From: Ruditapes philippinarum
Taxonomy: Eukaryota
Assembly (NCBI RefSeq): GCF_026571515.1
Contig: NW_026854772.1
Coordinates: 186,001-250,000 of the forward strand
Direction of reading: 5' to 3'
Length of the DNA stretch: 64,000 nucleotides
Under the pieces are notes generated by a model. The model did no database searches, was not told the origin of the DNA, and was given only the letters and a program-made list of their open reading frames with translations. Positions 49,886-62,300 of the stretch are shown in pieces. Position 1 is the stretch's first letter. Each line of letters starts with the position of its first letter. Position numbers and translations under genes: made by a program.

Positions 49886-52800
49886 ATTGCCAGGCATATT
49901 TTTCAATCATAAATTAACCGAAATTGACTTAATTTAACTTGAATGTAAGAGAAATACATCAGTTACCAATATTAATCTGTTTTTGTTAACATCTGGAGTT
50001 ACGTGATAGAACTGCTTTCAATCGGGATTCCGTATTAACTTTGAGCAGGGTCTTTAAAATCTATTTGAAAGACCCTGCTCCGAGATTATTATAGATAATC
50101 ATCGAGCAGTTCCAATTGGAGACGTAACTATGTTGAATTGCGATCTTCACACATACGACGAATTCGTCATACATGTGAAATATGTATACATGTACGCATT
50201 CCTCACCAATGTGTGAAAATGCATTATGAAATCCATTTGTATTTTGCCCACTAAAATTATCTGATGCTTGTTATCAATTCTTATATCTTTTCCTTATGAA
50301 TAACAATTCTTAAAGATATAATACGCTTAAATTTAATACTTTAAAATACTGATGATTGCTATACTTTACAGTCTCTTTTTAAAGCTGCTTGCTTCCAGAT
50401 CAGCCAAAATATTTACAAAAAAATACAAGAAAAATGTACTAAGACGTCAGAAAAGTAAAAATTTCTAGATTTAAGTATTTATTTACATGGTATGTCCGAT
50501 TTGTAATTGTTTTTTTTACCATTTATAACCATATTTCTACTGCGTTAGTAACGCAGTAAATGCTATTTTGAATATTTTGACAACATATTTTGGTAATTTT
50601 CGTGGGTTTTGAGTGCTGTTTGTATTGTGTTAAATGCTCCCTTTCTGCTCACTTCTCAATATTTTACTTTTAAACGCACTTTCAAAATGTTCATAAAATT
50701 AAGCATTAAGCTTTAAATGTAAAATAAACGTCTTTTTGTACACAGAGACAAGATGCGTTACATTTTAAAGTCTCCTTTTGTTATTTGTCTGCTTTTTTCT
50801 ATAGAAATTGTTTGATATTGATCGAATAAAGCGAGAGAAAAACCATTCTAAGCTTTTATTCGGCTAAGGTCATTCTGCCAAAAAGAAGTAAGATACCATC
50901 AAATTATTTCCTTAATGCCTAATTCAAAAGCATTTGTAATTATAAAGGTTATAAATATGTCAGTGAAAATTGTCTTTTGACGTCTTGAAAGTGATATGTA
51001 GGCTTTATAACCCCAGATCTCCTTGGAAAATACCATGTTATTTAGTTTCGTCCGTTGCTTTCTTGTAAAGGTCACACGCATTATTTTACTTGGGGATAAT
51101 TTCATGGAATGGCACTCATGTGTCATATTGAAAGTTCCTTGATAACCGCCGTATAAACACATATTCGGATGTTTCGTAATTCTAAATTATATCACCATTT
51201 TCATGTTTGAAAGTTGAATTCTGCTATTTAAGCCGGTGCTAAGGGTGCAGACTGTAGTTTGCACTTTCCAGTACCTTTCATGAATAGACACAATCAAACC
51301 GAGCCTCAAGCCCTTTCAATTTTGCCGTTTGGGGCGTTCTTTAGGGACTCATTTTTTATATTTTGTGGGTTCAAGAGTTGAGTTCTTTGAAGACATTTAA
51401 AAAAGGCCTACTCCTTGTAATTATCAGTGGGGATCAATAACATTTAGATACACACCATTAAGTCCATTCTTAATGACCTCATAGAAATATATTTGTACAT
51501 AACTTGTCAGGGAAGATCATCCTTATCGACATGAGTAAATTCTCTTAGAATCATATACACCATTTGTTTTTTCAAGGGAATTACTCTTGTCGACAACATT
51601 ATACATCAAAAATATTACTTCCCTTAGAAACAAATACGCCATTGATATTTATCAGGGACGATAAATAATTATTATCAACAAAAGGTAAGTTTCCTTACAG
51701 AAGCATACATAGGCTACATGCCTTTTGTAATTACCAGGGATACCATTCTTATCTACTTTACTTTGCTCTTAAGACTTTCTTTTCTCAGGATCATACACGC
51801 CATCTCTAATTTTATCCACATATCAACATGTTTTAAACCTTAATTAAATTCTTTAAGAAGTATGCACGCCATTAAAATAATAAAACCGTTTACTTAGAAT
51901 TATGCACGTTATTTGCAATTATTAGGGGAGACCATCTAACCCCAACCGTATCGAACTAATTTTGCTCTCAAGTTCTACTTTCCTTCGAATTATCAGGAAC
52001 AATATTGCTTTCAAGAATTACTAATCTTTGAAGCTGTGACGTCATCCATTCTCCTTTATTGCATCGGACTCCTGGCAAAATTTTATTTTTTATCTTTATT
52101 TAAAAAAAAAATTTTCAAAAAGACTGGGAAGGCAACAAAAAAAACAACTCGGAAAAACGAAATTTTCGGGGGTCCCTCAGGGGCCCTCGGGAAAAAAACG
52201 AAAAATACTTAGCTACAAATTGAGCGACTTCAATATATTGCCGATCATTTCCGGTAATACAGAACAATGCATCATGCGCACTGGCAAATGTACTTTTTTC
52301 AAAAACGAGTGTCCTACCAGCAATATCATAAGAATCTAGTTTTACATCGAATATTTAATAACCAATTCAACAGTTAATTTAACTGATTACATGAAATATA
52401 ATGCTCGGCAACAATCAAGTTTTGATTGGTGTTACACAGATTTTAGCCGTTACACCAACGGCTATTACACAATATATACGGATAAATTACACTTTATTTT
52501 AAATTGGATTTGACCAAATGACGGTTTGATATGCCAAAACACACCTCCCGGTAAAACCTTGAGCAGACTGATATAAAATTTGCACTAAGTCTTAATCTCC
52601 CACAATAAGGTGCGTTACACCACGGTATGGGTTATGGACATAACTTACACATTTACACATTTAAGAAATTGTTTAAAAAAGGCAAACAACAACATAAAAA
52701 TGGCCTCAAAATTTAATTTATCATGAGAACATTTAAGAACACCTGCATTATCTCAATATGCACTAATTAACTTTAAAATATAAATAAAAAAATATCTTTT

Positions 52801-53052
52801 CACTCAAAATTCAGATCTATGATCGATCTACAATATTGAATCTTTGTTAAATATTTGAAAGAAGATGTTAATAAATCGTACTTCAAACGAAAAACATACG
52901 GCGTTGCGATTCATTGTGCAAGTGAATCACGTGTAGGTTATGTTCGGCATTGTTTCTTTAAAGGTATAAATACTCTGCCAAAAAGGAAAATTGTCAGATC
53001 ACCACCATTGTCTTTCGAAGTCGTCTGTTCTGAAAGAAAATAGTTCGCCACA

Positions 53053-54437
53053 ATGAAATTCTACGCCATTGCTCTTGGTTGTACTCTGTGTTGCCAACAG
53101 TGAAGGTAAGTGAAGTTTATTTAGACGCTTGAAATGAAACGCTTGTTTTCACTTCATATTAGATGGCTGATCAGATGTACTTTCCTTTTTCTTTTTTTCA
53201 TGTCACTTTTGACAAGAAAATACTCTTACATATGTAAACATTTTTTTGAATATTCAATGTACATTTAAAACAGTTATTAATTTATCTTATCGTAACAAAA
53301 TTATTTCTAATAAATATAATCTAAACTATAATATAGAAAATATTTGTTTGTTTGTGTGTTAGATGAAATTTTATTACGAATTAGGAAAACATGGAATTGG
53401 TGAAAGGCTGTCTTACGAACGCTGGGTTGTTTACTTTTTCTTCGGGCTGATGACTGTCATCGCTTTTCAAGTTTTGATATTTCATTAGGCCGTTATTACC
53501 CGTAGGATACTTAATTATGCCCAAATGTCATCAAGGGCAGTTTTGCATATGGAAGGAAGTGTATTTTTCAGACTATAAAAATGAAACAAAAAATTTAGAG
53601 ACGATATTTCGTAATATGAATGAATAGTGTTTGAAATTTAATATATTTATCAATTCCAGATTTACTTCTCTTAACAGCCCTGTCAATTTCAGTATTGTCA
53701 GAAAAAATATAATTGAGGTACTACATGGGGAACATCTTAAAAACAGTAGTCTCGTCATTGAAAAGTCTGAAATTATATTTTGATACTTTTCACTGTGAAA
53801 TTATCAAATACAATTTTCACGGATAAATCAATAATCAAAAGCATTAAATAAAGAGGATCTATCACATTTTAATTCCTTGAATTGGATATATATATGTGTG
53901 TGTGAATCAAAGAATGGTTACCTAGCAAAAACATGTTTATGCATATTTGTAATGTAAATTTTAACAAGTAGGGAACAAAAATAAAACGTATAATCGTAGG
54001 TTTAGTTTTTAACCCATTATCGAAAATCTGGAGCTTTAATTTATTTTCACATATTTGTCATTTTCGATAATTCATTATTTCTCTCTGGACACGGGTTTTA
54101 ATGAATTATTTTTCACTTATAATTTCAGCATTCTGAAAAAAGAAATGCAAAAAATGTAAGTGGGGATACGGCGGTGGTGGAGGCGGCGGAGGAGGAGGAG
54201 GAGGATATGGGGACGGCGGCAGTGGCGGATATGGTTGTGGTTACGGCGGCGGCTACGGCGGGGGTTATGGCGGTGGATACGGAGGCAGAGCTGGGGGCGG
54301 CTACGGCGCAGGATATGGAGGCGGCTATGGTGGAGGTTATGGCGGTGGCTACGGAGGCGGGACTGGGGGCGGTTACTGAGGCGGAGCTGGGGGCGGCTAC
54401 GGAGGTGGTCATGGGCATGGCTGTAAGAAATACTTAA
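53053..54437 (+). pseudogene. Gly/Tyr-rich secreted protein copy 3, pseudogene
   Basis: A 5-bp deletion in the signal-peptide exon gives a stop at 53101-53103. Also TGG>TGA at 54134-54136, GGA>TGA at 54377-54379, and a damaged WKKY* end (CKKYL). Confidence 0.92.
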
Positions 54438-55377
54438 TTTCATGATGATTTCTTTAAAAGAATATATTGATTATTTCGACGACCTACCGATATAAAATGT
54501 AGCACATTATATGTAGCACATTAATAAAGACTATTAGAATTTAAAATGTATTTTTGTTTCATTATATTTATGTAACGCTTAAAATCGGAACATTTTTGAA
54601 AGCCCGGTGTACCCGAAGTATGATAGCAAATTAAAAAAATGCCATTATTCTAGATGCTTCAAAACATTAAAAACATTTTCCTATGATGTTGATTATTGAT
54701 AGTTTGATTAAAAAATGAACTGACATCTATAACAGAGCTAACAACCTCTTATTTTAGACTAAAACCTATACATTAACATAGGACAAAGCAATAGGTAACA
54801 TTTCGAAATAATGCTTCCCTGAAAGCAAATTATGCAACTAAGTTAACTTGTTTATAAAAAGGATACATAAGTGTATAGAAAAGAAAATCAAAAATCCTAT
54901 TTTATTTGATTGCGGCAGATTTTTTTGGGAGGTAAAACAAGGGAAGTATTCCGCGGTCGGTTGCAATAAGCCCCTCCTCCGCGTATACAGTATATGCATA
55001 CTAGACGTGAGCGAGTTGAGCGATAGTGAAACATCGATCGATGCGGAGTAGAGTAACTAGACTTCTTTGGTACATTATTGTAAATTCTCATGTTTTGTTA
55101 TAGAAAAAAACAAAACAACAATAACAACATAAAAGCTAAAAACTATCCTTCGAGTACTTAAATTATACATATTCGATAGATTAAAAATTACAAGTACAAC
55201 AACAACAATTGCAAACATCAGAACGTAATTATAAGGTTGTTAGAATAAACTATGGATATGAATGTTTGGAACCTTTTTAAATCTTACCGGCCAACCTAAC
55301 AAAGCAAACAAATAGAAAATGTTGAAAAGATTGAAAATTAAAACAGTTCGTCTAGCGAAACATCGCAGAACATAAAA

Positions 55378-55419
<42 letters not shown>

Positions 55420-58256
55420 AGCAACAATACTTTAAGATGGATATTCATGTGATAATTGTTTACTGTAATATTATTGTGTTACCGCTAATTGCTGCGCGGT
55501 ATTTGTTTGTTTTATTATCAATTTCAACATCAATATTTAAATAACAAACATATACCATGTTTCAGGCGCTAATGATACTATTGATCTTGCATTTTTAACA
55601 GTGTGTTTGCAGAAAATGTGTCATAAAAGCAACGTATATTTTCATCAAAATATTGCCGCATTGAACAATTATGTCCCATTGAAATCGACAGATTTTTGTA
55701 CCTTTTAAATCATCGGAGCGGCCATGAGTGGCGGTAAGCAAATGCCACGTGATAAACTAGTCTGGTAAAAAACATGTATACATGAACTACATCAATATGA
55801 TTTAATCTTTTACAAGGTCTTACTCACTGAATACATATTTGCCATAATTTAAAAACCTATAAAAATCCATGATAGCCATAGACCACTCACACTCACCTTA
55901 AAATCATCGCTTATCGAAATCATTATTTTTACATGTTCCTATTGTCATCCTGGACAAAAAATGGATTTAAACACTTAAGTGTACAAAATTGAGAGTTTGA
56001 ATGCTGAAGCTTAAGATATAAAAGTTGCTCACTGGATCATTTTATAGATTACTCATCTTTTGCCTCTTTTCACTTTGGCAATTGGAATACATTTAATTGT
56101 AATACTTAAGTATTTTATATGGAAGTCGATAAACATTTTGTAAACATTTTTCTACCTTTACAAAATATTAATGCACGTTTATTGCCATTATTGAACACAT
56201 ATCTAACTCTTTTTTTCTAAAGAATAACAAAATCTTGATCTCTAAGGTATTATGTGTTACACAATGTGGTCATATCCAAGCTCTTCAGGTGATCAACGTC
56301 TAAAGACTAAAGCATAACAATGTATGATACAAATGGAATATGATATTTTGAAGGCGTGGCTATCTTTAATTGTCGATTGGACAATCACCACAATATCTAC
56401 TTCATATTGAAAAAACATTCTAATTAAAAACTTAATAATAAGAAAAAGACAATTTTTTTCTTAGCTTCACGCAAGCCATTATTTGATTTTGGTGTTGCTA
56501 AATAAATAAAGAAATAGTAATTATTTCGGTTTCTGTAATGTTCCAAATAATTGTTGATTGAATACGCAAAATAAAAGGCGAATTAAAGAAATTGCTTGAT
56601 TAATTGCTTCTAAATAAGAACATAAAGTGTCACCTTCAAATATATACGCTCCTTATTAATGGTCATGACAGTTTTTGTTTTCTTAATAAAACTCTTTAAT
56701 GAAAGAATAAAAAGAAATATTATTATTCTTTGCGAAAGTTAAAAGTGTCTTATTTAAAAAAAAAAACTTCTTATATCATTTTCACTAACAATTCAAATAA
56801 TTTTAAATAATAAATTTAATACCTTCTATAACAACTGTATACAGTATTTGATGAGAAATACATATGATAATAGATTGCAGAGAAATAGGAACATAAAAGT
56901 CGCAAAAATTGTGGAAACTCTTTTAGTGTCCGTTTGAATAAGCCATTAATTATGAAATTCTGAATTCATAATCAATTTGATAGCTTTTGACTTTTCTATA
57001 AAAGTAAATTGACACTTGTGGTTCTTGTTCCGGGTGTGTGCGATCAAAAGTTCGATTCTTGGTCAAAGCAACACATTTAACATTGGGTTGTTTAAGAAAT
57101 GACATGTTATTTTCTCAAAGGAATTAGGCAAAGTATTCCACCTTAATGAATAGTTGTGTTTAACAAATATAGAAATGATATTTTTATAAGCTAGTCAGAA
57201 ACTCTGGCCCAGCAAAATTCGGCATTAATTTCAGACTGTTATAGTCTTATTCTTGAAAGTGAAACTGTTATGTATTGCACAACTTGTTTATATATCTTTA
57301 AAGATGTTATTTAGGTGCCTTATAAATGGACACCGGTTTTATGTGCTTGAACGGATGTGTCATTCTTGAAACTGTGAAATATTTATCTTAGGCGCATGTG
57401 TTAATATGAGATGAAAATGTTTGTTAAAGTAATAAGCACTTTTTATTAAATTTTCAAGTCACTTTGTGAATTTGTTCCAAAATGAAAATAATCATACTAT
57501 AACAATTTTTCCTATAAATATACTATTGTGATTGATCATGAAATCTTGGCAAAAAGCAATGAATATAAAGGATGTGACACAAAAAAGGGATACAAACTGG
57601 GATGGCAAATTTTGCTGTTATTTATTTGCATAATAAATATTTAAAAACAAAAACCTTATACTATGTAAAAAGATAAAGGTATTTAAAAATGACTCCTTTT
57701 GGTGCACATAAGGGTTTGTAGTCCTAAAATACAAGATACAGTTCGTGCCCCCAAGCAATAGTAATATTGTGTTTTTATTGTTTGCTCAATAACAATCTTG
57801 TTTTTCAACTTTGATTTACAAAAAAAAAAAAAAAAAAAAACTACTGGAAGATAAGACTTAATATCTGGTGGTGATATATAATCATTGTCGGTTATATTGC
57901 AATGATACTCTTAAATAAAATAAAATAAAAGTAAAATTGTTTGAGCGGTAATGAAATGTCCGTCAAGCGTTAATGAAATGTGTCTCACTAATGACAAAAA
58001 TATAAAATAAAAAAAAAAAAATTGGTGCCATATGTCCCTGAATTTCTAGAATTAAACAAGCGGAAAATTACAACTATTTCTATTTTTTATTGACTTGATT
58101 ATTTGAGTTGGCCAACCTCATAAGAGAAACTGTCGTCTTATTGGTTTGACGTCATATGTGGTCAGAATATAAAATTCACGACTGCTACCAATTTTCTATC
58201 ACAGCGCTGTGACATTATCAAGCTTAACAACTGGTGAAAACCTTTGAGGTGTGAAA

Positions 58257-59369
58257 ATGTTCGTCAATTCAACACCAATAACTAATATCACAACTGGAAT
58301 TAATCCAGACAACCTGAGGACCTACATGAACACAACTGAGGATAATCCATTACAAGGGAACAATAGTAACTTTTATGGTGGAAACGACACGAAAACACCT
58401 TGTCAAGTTTTCAACTCAACATCATATGGAGACAGCAACGCTGGGACGTTCGAGGCAAAAATAATCGAAATACTCACATACTTTCCTATAACTATTTGGA
58501 TAGGCTCATTGCCGAATATTCTTATCATTTGCATTTTGATGAAAAAAGGAAATCGTAAATTTTCAACAGCGGTTTTCTTGATGTCACTTGCTGCCGCAGA
58601 TTTGGCAAACGGATGTGCCACCTTGATGTACTGGCTGCAAGACAATCGCTTCATTGAGGAATCTTACTCTAGATTTGACTGTGTTTTTAGAAACTATATC
58701 GGGATAGTTTTTATTATGGTATCGAACTGGTTATTGGCTATTATTTCAGTTGAAAGATGTATCTGTGTGGTATATCCGTTTGATGTGAAGAAAATATGTT
58801 CAGTCTCAGTATCAGTGATTGCAGTTATAATGGTTTGGGTAGCAGCGTTTATCGTTGAGGCTATACTGTTCTGGTCAAATTTCAAAATCGAGTACAACAC
58901 CGACATACAATACGATTATGAAGACTGCTTTGCAGAGGAATCTGACGATATGACTCCCAAAGTGTGCAACGTTGACTTCATCAGTGAATGGCATAATCAA
59001 TTTTACAACATTATTCAACCAAGCATAACCGTTTTTCTGCCATATTTTATAATAATGATTTTTTCATGTATCATTATCTATAGCCTAAAGACAGTAGGAA
59101 TACAAAATAGAAAAACGGCAACAGTTGTTAACGCGATTCTGACTTTGAATGTCATTTTCTTGGTAACAAACTTGCCAGAGATGGTTGCTGAATTTTTACG
59201 GCTTTCGGGTTATACAGTCAATGAAGTTGTAGTAGCGGTTGCTTTCAGGCTGCGAGAAGTAAACTTTATTGCTAATTTCTTTGTTTATTTTCTTAGTGGC
59301 TCTAGGTATAAGACTGAAGTAAAAGATCTTTTTGCACGGGCATGGAATAAAATGAACTATTTCGATTAG
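58257..59369 (+). CDS. Intronless class A orphan GPCR, copy B
   Basis: Intact and the same length as copy A, with about 30 amino-acid differences by hand count (~92% identity). First ATG at 58257. Confidence 0.93.
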   Translation: MFVNSTPITNITTGINPDNLRTYMNTTEDNPLQGNNSNFYGGNDTKTPCQVFNSTSYGDSNAGTFEAKIIEILTYFPITIWIGSLPNILIICILMKKGNRKFSTAVFLMSLAAADLANGCATLMYWLQDNRFIEESYSRFDCVFRNYIGIVFIMVSNWLLAIISVERCICVVYPFDVKKICSVSVSVIAVIMVWVAAFIVEAILFWSNFKIEYNTDIQYDYEDCFAEESDDMTPKVCNVDFISEWHNQFYNIIQPSITVFLPYFIIMIFSCIIIYSLKTVGIQNRKTATVVNAILTLNVIFLVTNLPEMVAEFLRLSGYTVNEVVVAVAFRLREVNFIANFFVYFLSGSRYKTEVKDLFARAWNKMNYFD

Positions 59370-62300
59370 ATCTGTAGATTTATAATCTTTTTAATTTCAT
59401 ATTGTTTTTCAAAAGACAACAATTTATGTATAATTGTTAGTTGTTTAGATATTGTCATTTTGTTTTAACCATGTTTAAGATCGTAATTTTCTCTCTTCCT
59501 ACAAACGGTAATTACAACGTAATGTGACATCAGACAATTCAAATTAGCTAACAAAATTTATTATATCAATGTTTTAAACCAAAGCTTTCCGACGTTATGT
59601 TTAAGACTTTATTTCATCTTAAAATTCTTTTTGCAAAAAACATGTTATGCCGCCTTTTAATTATTGTAAGACATTTGAAAGATATTTGATGTTTTAATGT
59701 TTGCCTGTGGTCGTGCTAGCGTTCGTTCTACTAAATGTTGTTAGTGTGTTTATGTGTGCGCGAGATATTATTGTTGTATTTGTTGTTATTTGTGTTGTTG
59801 TTAACATCTATATGTTGTATTGTAGTGGTTGTTGTTGCTTTTGGTTTGTTGCTGTTGTTTTATAAACATGTATATGATAACTACACTGTACAAAGTATTT
59901 CTAGAATTAAGATAGCGTGAAGAGGAACAAGAAGATATCAATAATTTTTAAACAAATCGAATATAGAATCATCATGTTTATTTCATGGTACGAAATAAAA
60001 CGTTTAGTTAAGAAATACGTGTATTTCAATTGTTATCGTGACCCTTTGATATATTTCTCAAAATGTTATTTCAATTATGAATGTATTAAATCCTGAAAAA
60101 AGTTTAAAAAATGCAATGAGGATTTTTCAAACTTCCAAAGTAAATAATGTGAACTTAGAATAAAATGACAGCAACAGCAAGACAAGATGACGTTCACTAA
60201 ACGCGAATCTTATTGGGGTTGTATTTATTTGTGGGTTCTATTTTTGTGTATTTTTATATATATTTTTCAATGTATATTAGCAGTGATTTTGTTTGAATAA
60301 ATTTTATGATGTTGTTCTAACGTTTACGTAATCATATTGTTTAAACTAACATCCACACTGACTTTGTAAGCTTACGCATGTGAAAGTGTATTTTTTGAGT
60401 TTCTGTCTTATATATTCTCTCACTTTATTTAAGTATTAACTGAAGTGTATTTCAAAAAGTACTTTTTCTTTACGTTTACTTGTGAGGAGAATTTTTTTTA
60501 TTCTTTATGCGTATACCATTACAGATGTTGTCCATATTTAAATGAATAAATTTGAAAGTAAATAAATTTGTTTTCTTTTATAAATGTTTCCGATATTTTA
60601 CATTTATACGACCAGTTGGAGAAAAAGATATTATTAAATGAACTGCATTGAGGTCCTGAAAGCCTAAAAAACCTAAATTGTCAATTTCTTACATAGATCA
60701 GCTGGGGCACTAAAATAGACAAATATGTAATAGAAATAAATTGATGCTCGTATTTTCATGGTATTCTTAGTCCAATATGAGTCAAAAGCGTTGCAACGCT
60801 TTTCTATTTCGGGATATTTCTCACAAAAATAATCATTCTGGAATCGAATGATCTGAAATTTTGCACACATGTAATTGGTCTATACCAACATCAAATGAAA
60901 CATAAATTAATAAAAATTAATTCCCATCATGTCAAAAACCCTCAACTGAGTTCCTTTAAGTTAACAATTTCACTTTTTACAAGTACTAGCTTTTACCACC
61001 AGATTACCTAGAAGTGTTTGTCGTTAGAAAGAATCATTATCTATAAGTCAGCCTCAATTTAGTCTATGAATATGGAGTATAGATTATTAAACGGATATAG
61101 ACATTTTAAAATTATTTAACATGGAAAGAAAATTACATGTGTCGAACTCTTACCCATATTAAACACAAATTTGAAAACAAAGTTATTTCTTGTTTAGCTC
61201 ATTTTGTTAAATCGTTGAATATTTGAAATATTTATTTATAGAATCTCCATCCTTCAAGATAGTGGTACTTTCAAATTTTTCGTTAACAATGACTACATGT
61301 TTTTTTCTGTCAAAGAATATTATTCTTCCATTTTTTTGTTGTTGCAAAAAAATTATCAATATCGGAAAAAAAATGTTTATACTGAGAATTTAATTTTACC
61401 TTTCTTTATAAAAAATATCAGTTAAATTCCTTACCAGGATGTAAACGTTTACATGTATGATTGAATTTAGTTCCATTATTCAAAACAGCGTCATCAGTTA
61501 AATCTTAAATCCGATCCATACCAGGATGGGAACATTTACTTATATCATTGACTTTAGTTCTTTTATTCAGAACAGCATTAGAAGTTTAATCAAAAACGTG
61601 ATTCTTAGCACGATAGGGTCGAATTATATCTAGTTCCATCAATCATTAACGCAAGTTTTTAACGCATACTTATTCTCCGTTAAATCCATTTTAAATGCGA
61701 TCATAAAAATTTAAAGAGAATCAATTAGATAATCAAGTCCTGTACATGCAAATTATGTTAACCTATAAACCATAGCATTGCTGCAATAACAATAAATTTG
61801 CCCTTTCAATTTAATACATACTAATTTTAGAATATGCCATTGTAGTACAGATCTATTGATATGTCAGGTTCATTATTTTAGTATTCTGTAACACTATCAA
61901 ATTGAGAGAAATGGATATAGACAATATCGTTGTCGGCTTCATTCAGCCTATTAACGTAATTAGTTTTCAGACTTTTTTCAACTCTTCTGAAAGTATTGAT
62001 AGAGAAACCTAAAAAGTTATAATATTTGTTTTACATTATTAATAAATGCTGATGGAATGTTACAAGTCAGTGATTCAAGGAAGGAAATACGTACACGATT
62101 GTAAATATTTTTTTCTAATCAAATATGTACATTTCGGATGAAGATAATTTATTCCACATTAAAATGATATCCAAGGAAAGACAAATAAAGTTTCCTTTTA
62201 AAAGGAAAGGCTTGCTCAGTTGTGCCATCATCCCTTCCTTTTACATTTGGCTGCAGGCCAAAAAGAGTTTGAACTATTTCTTTTAAATATCTTTGAAAAT

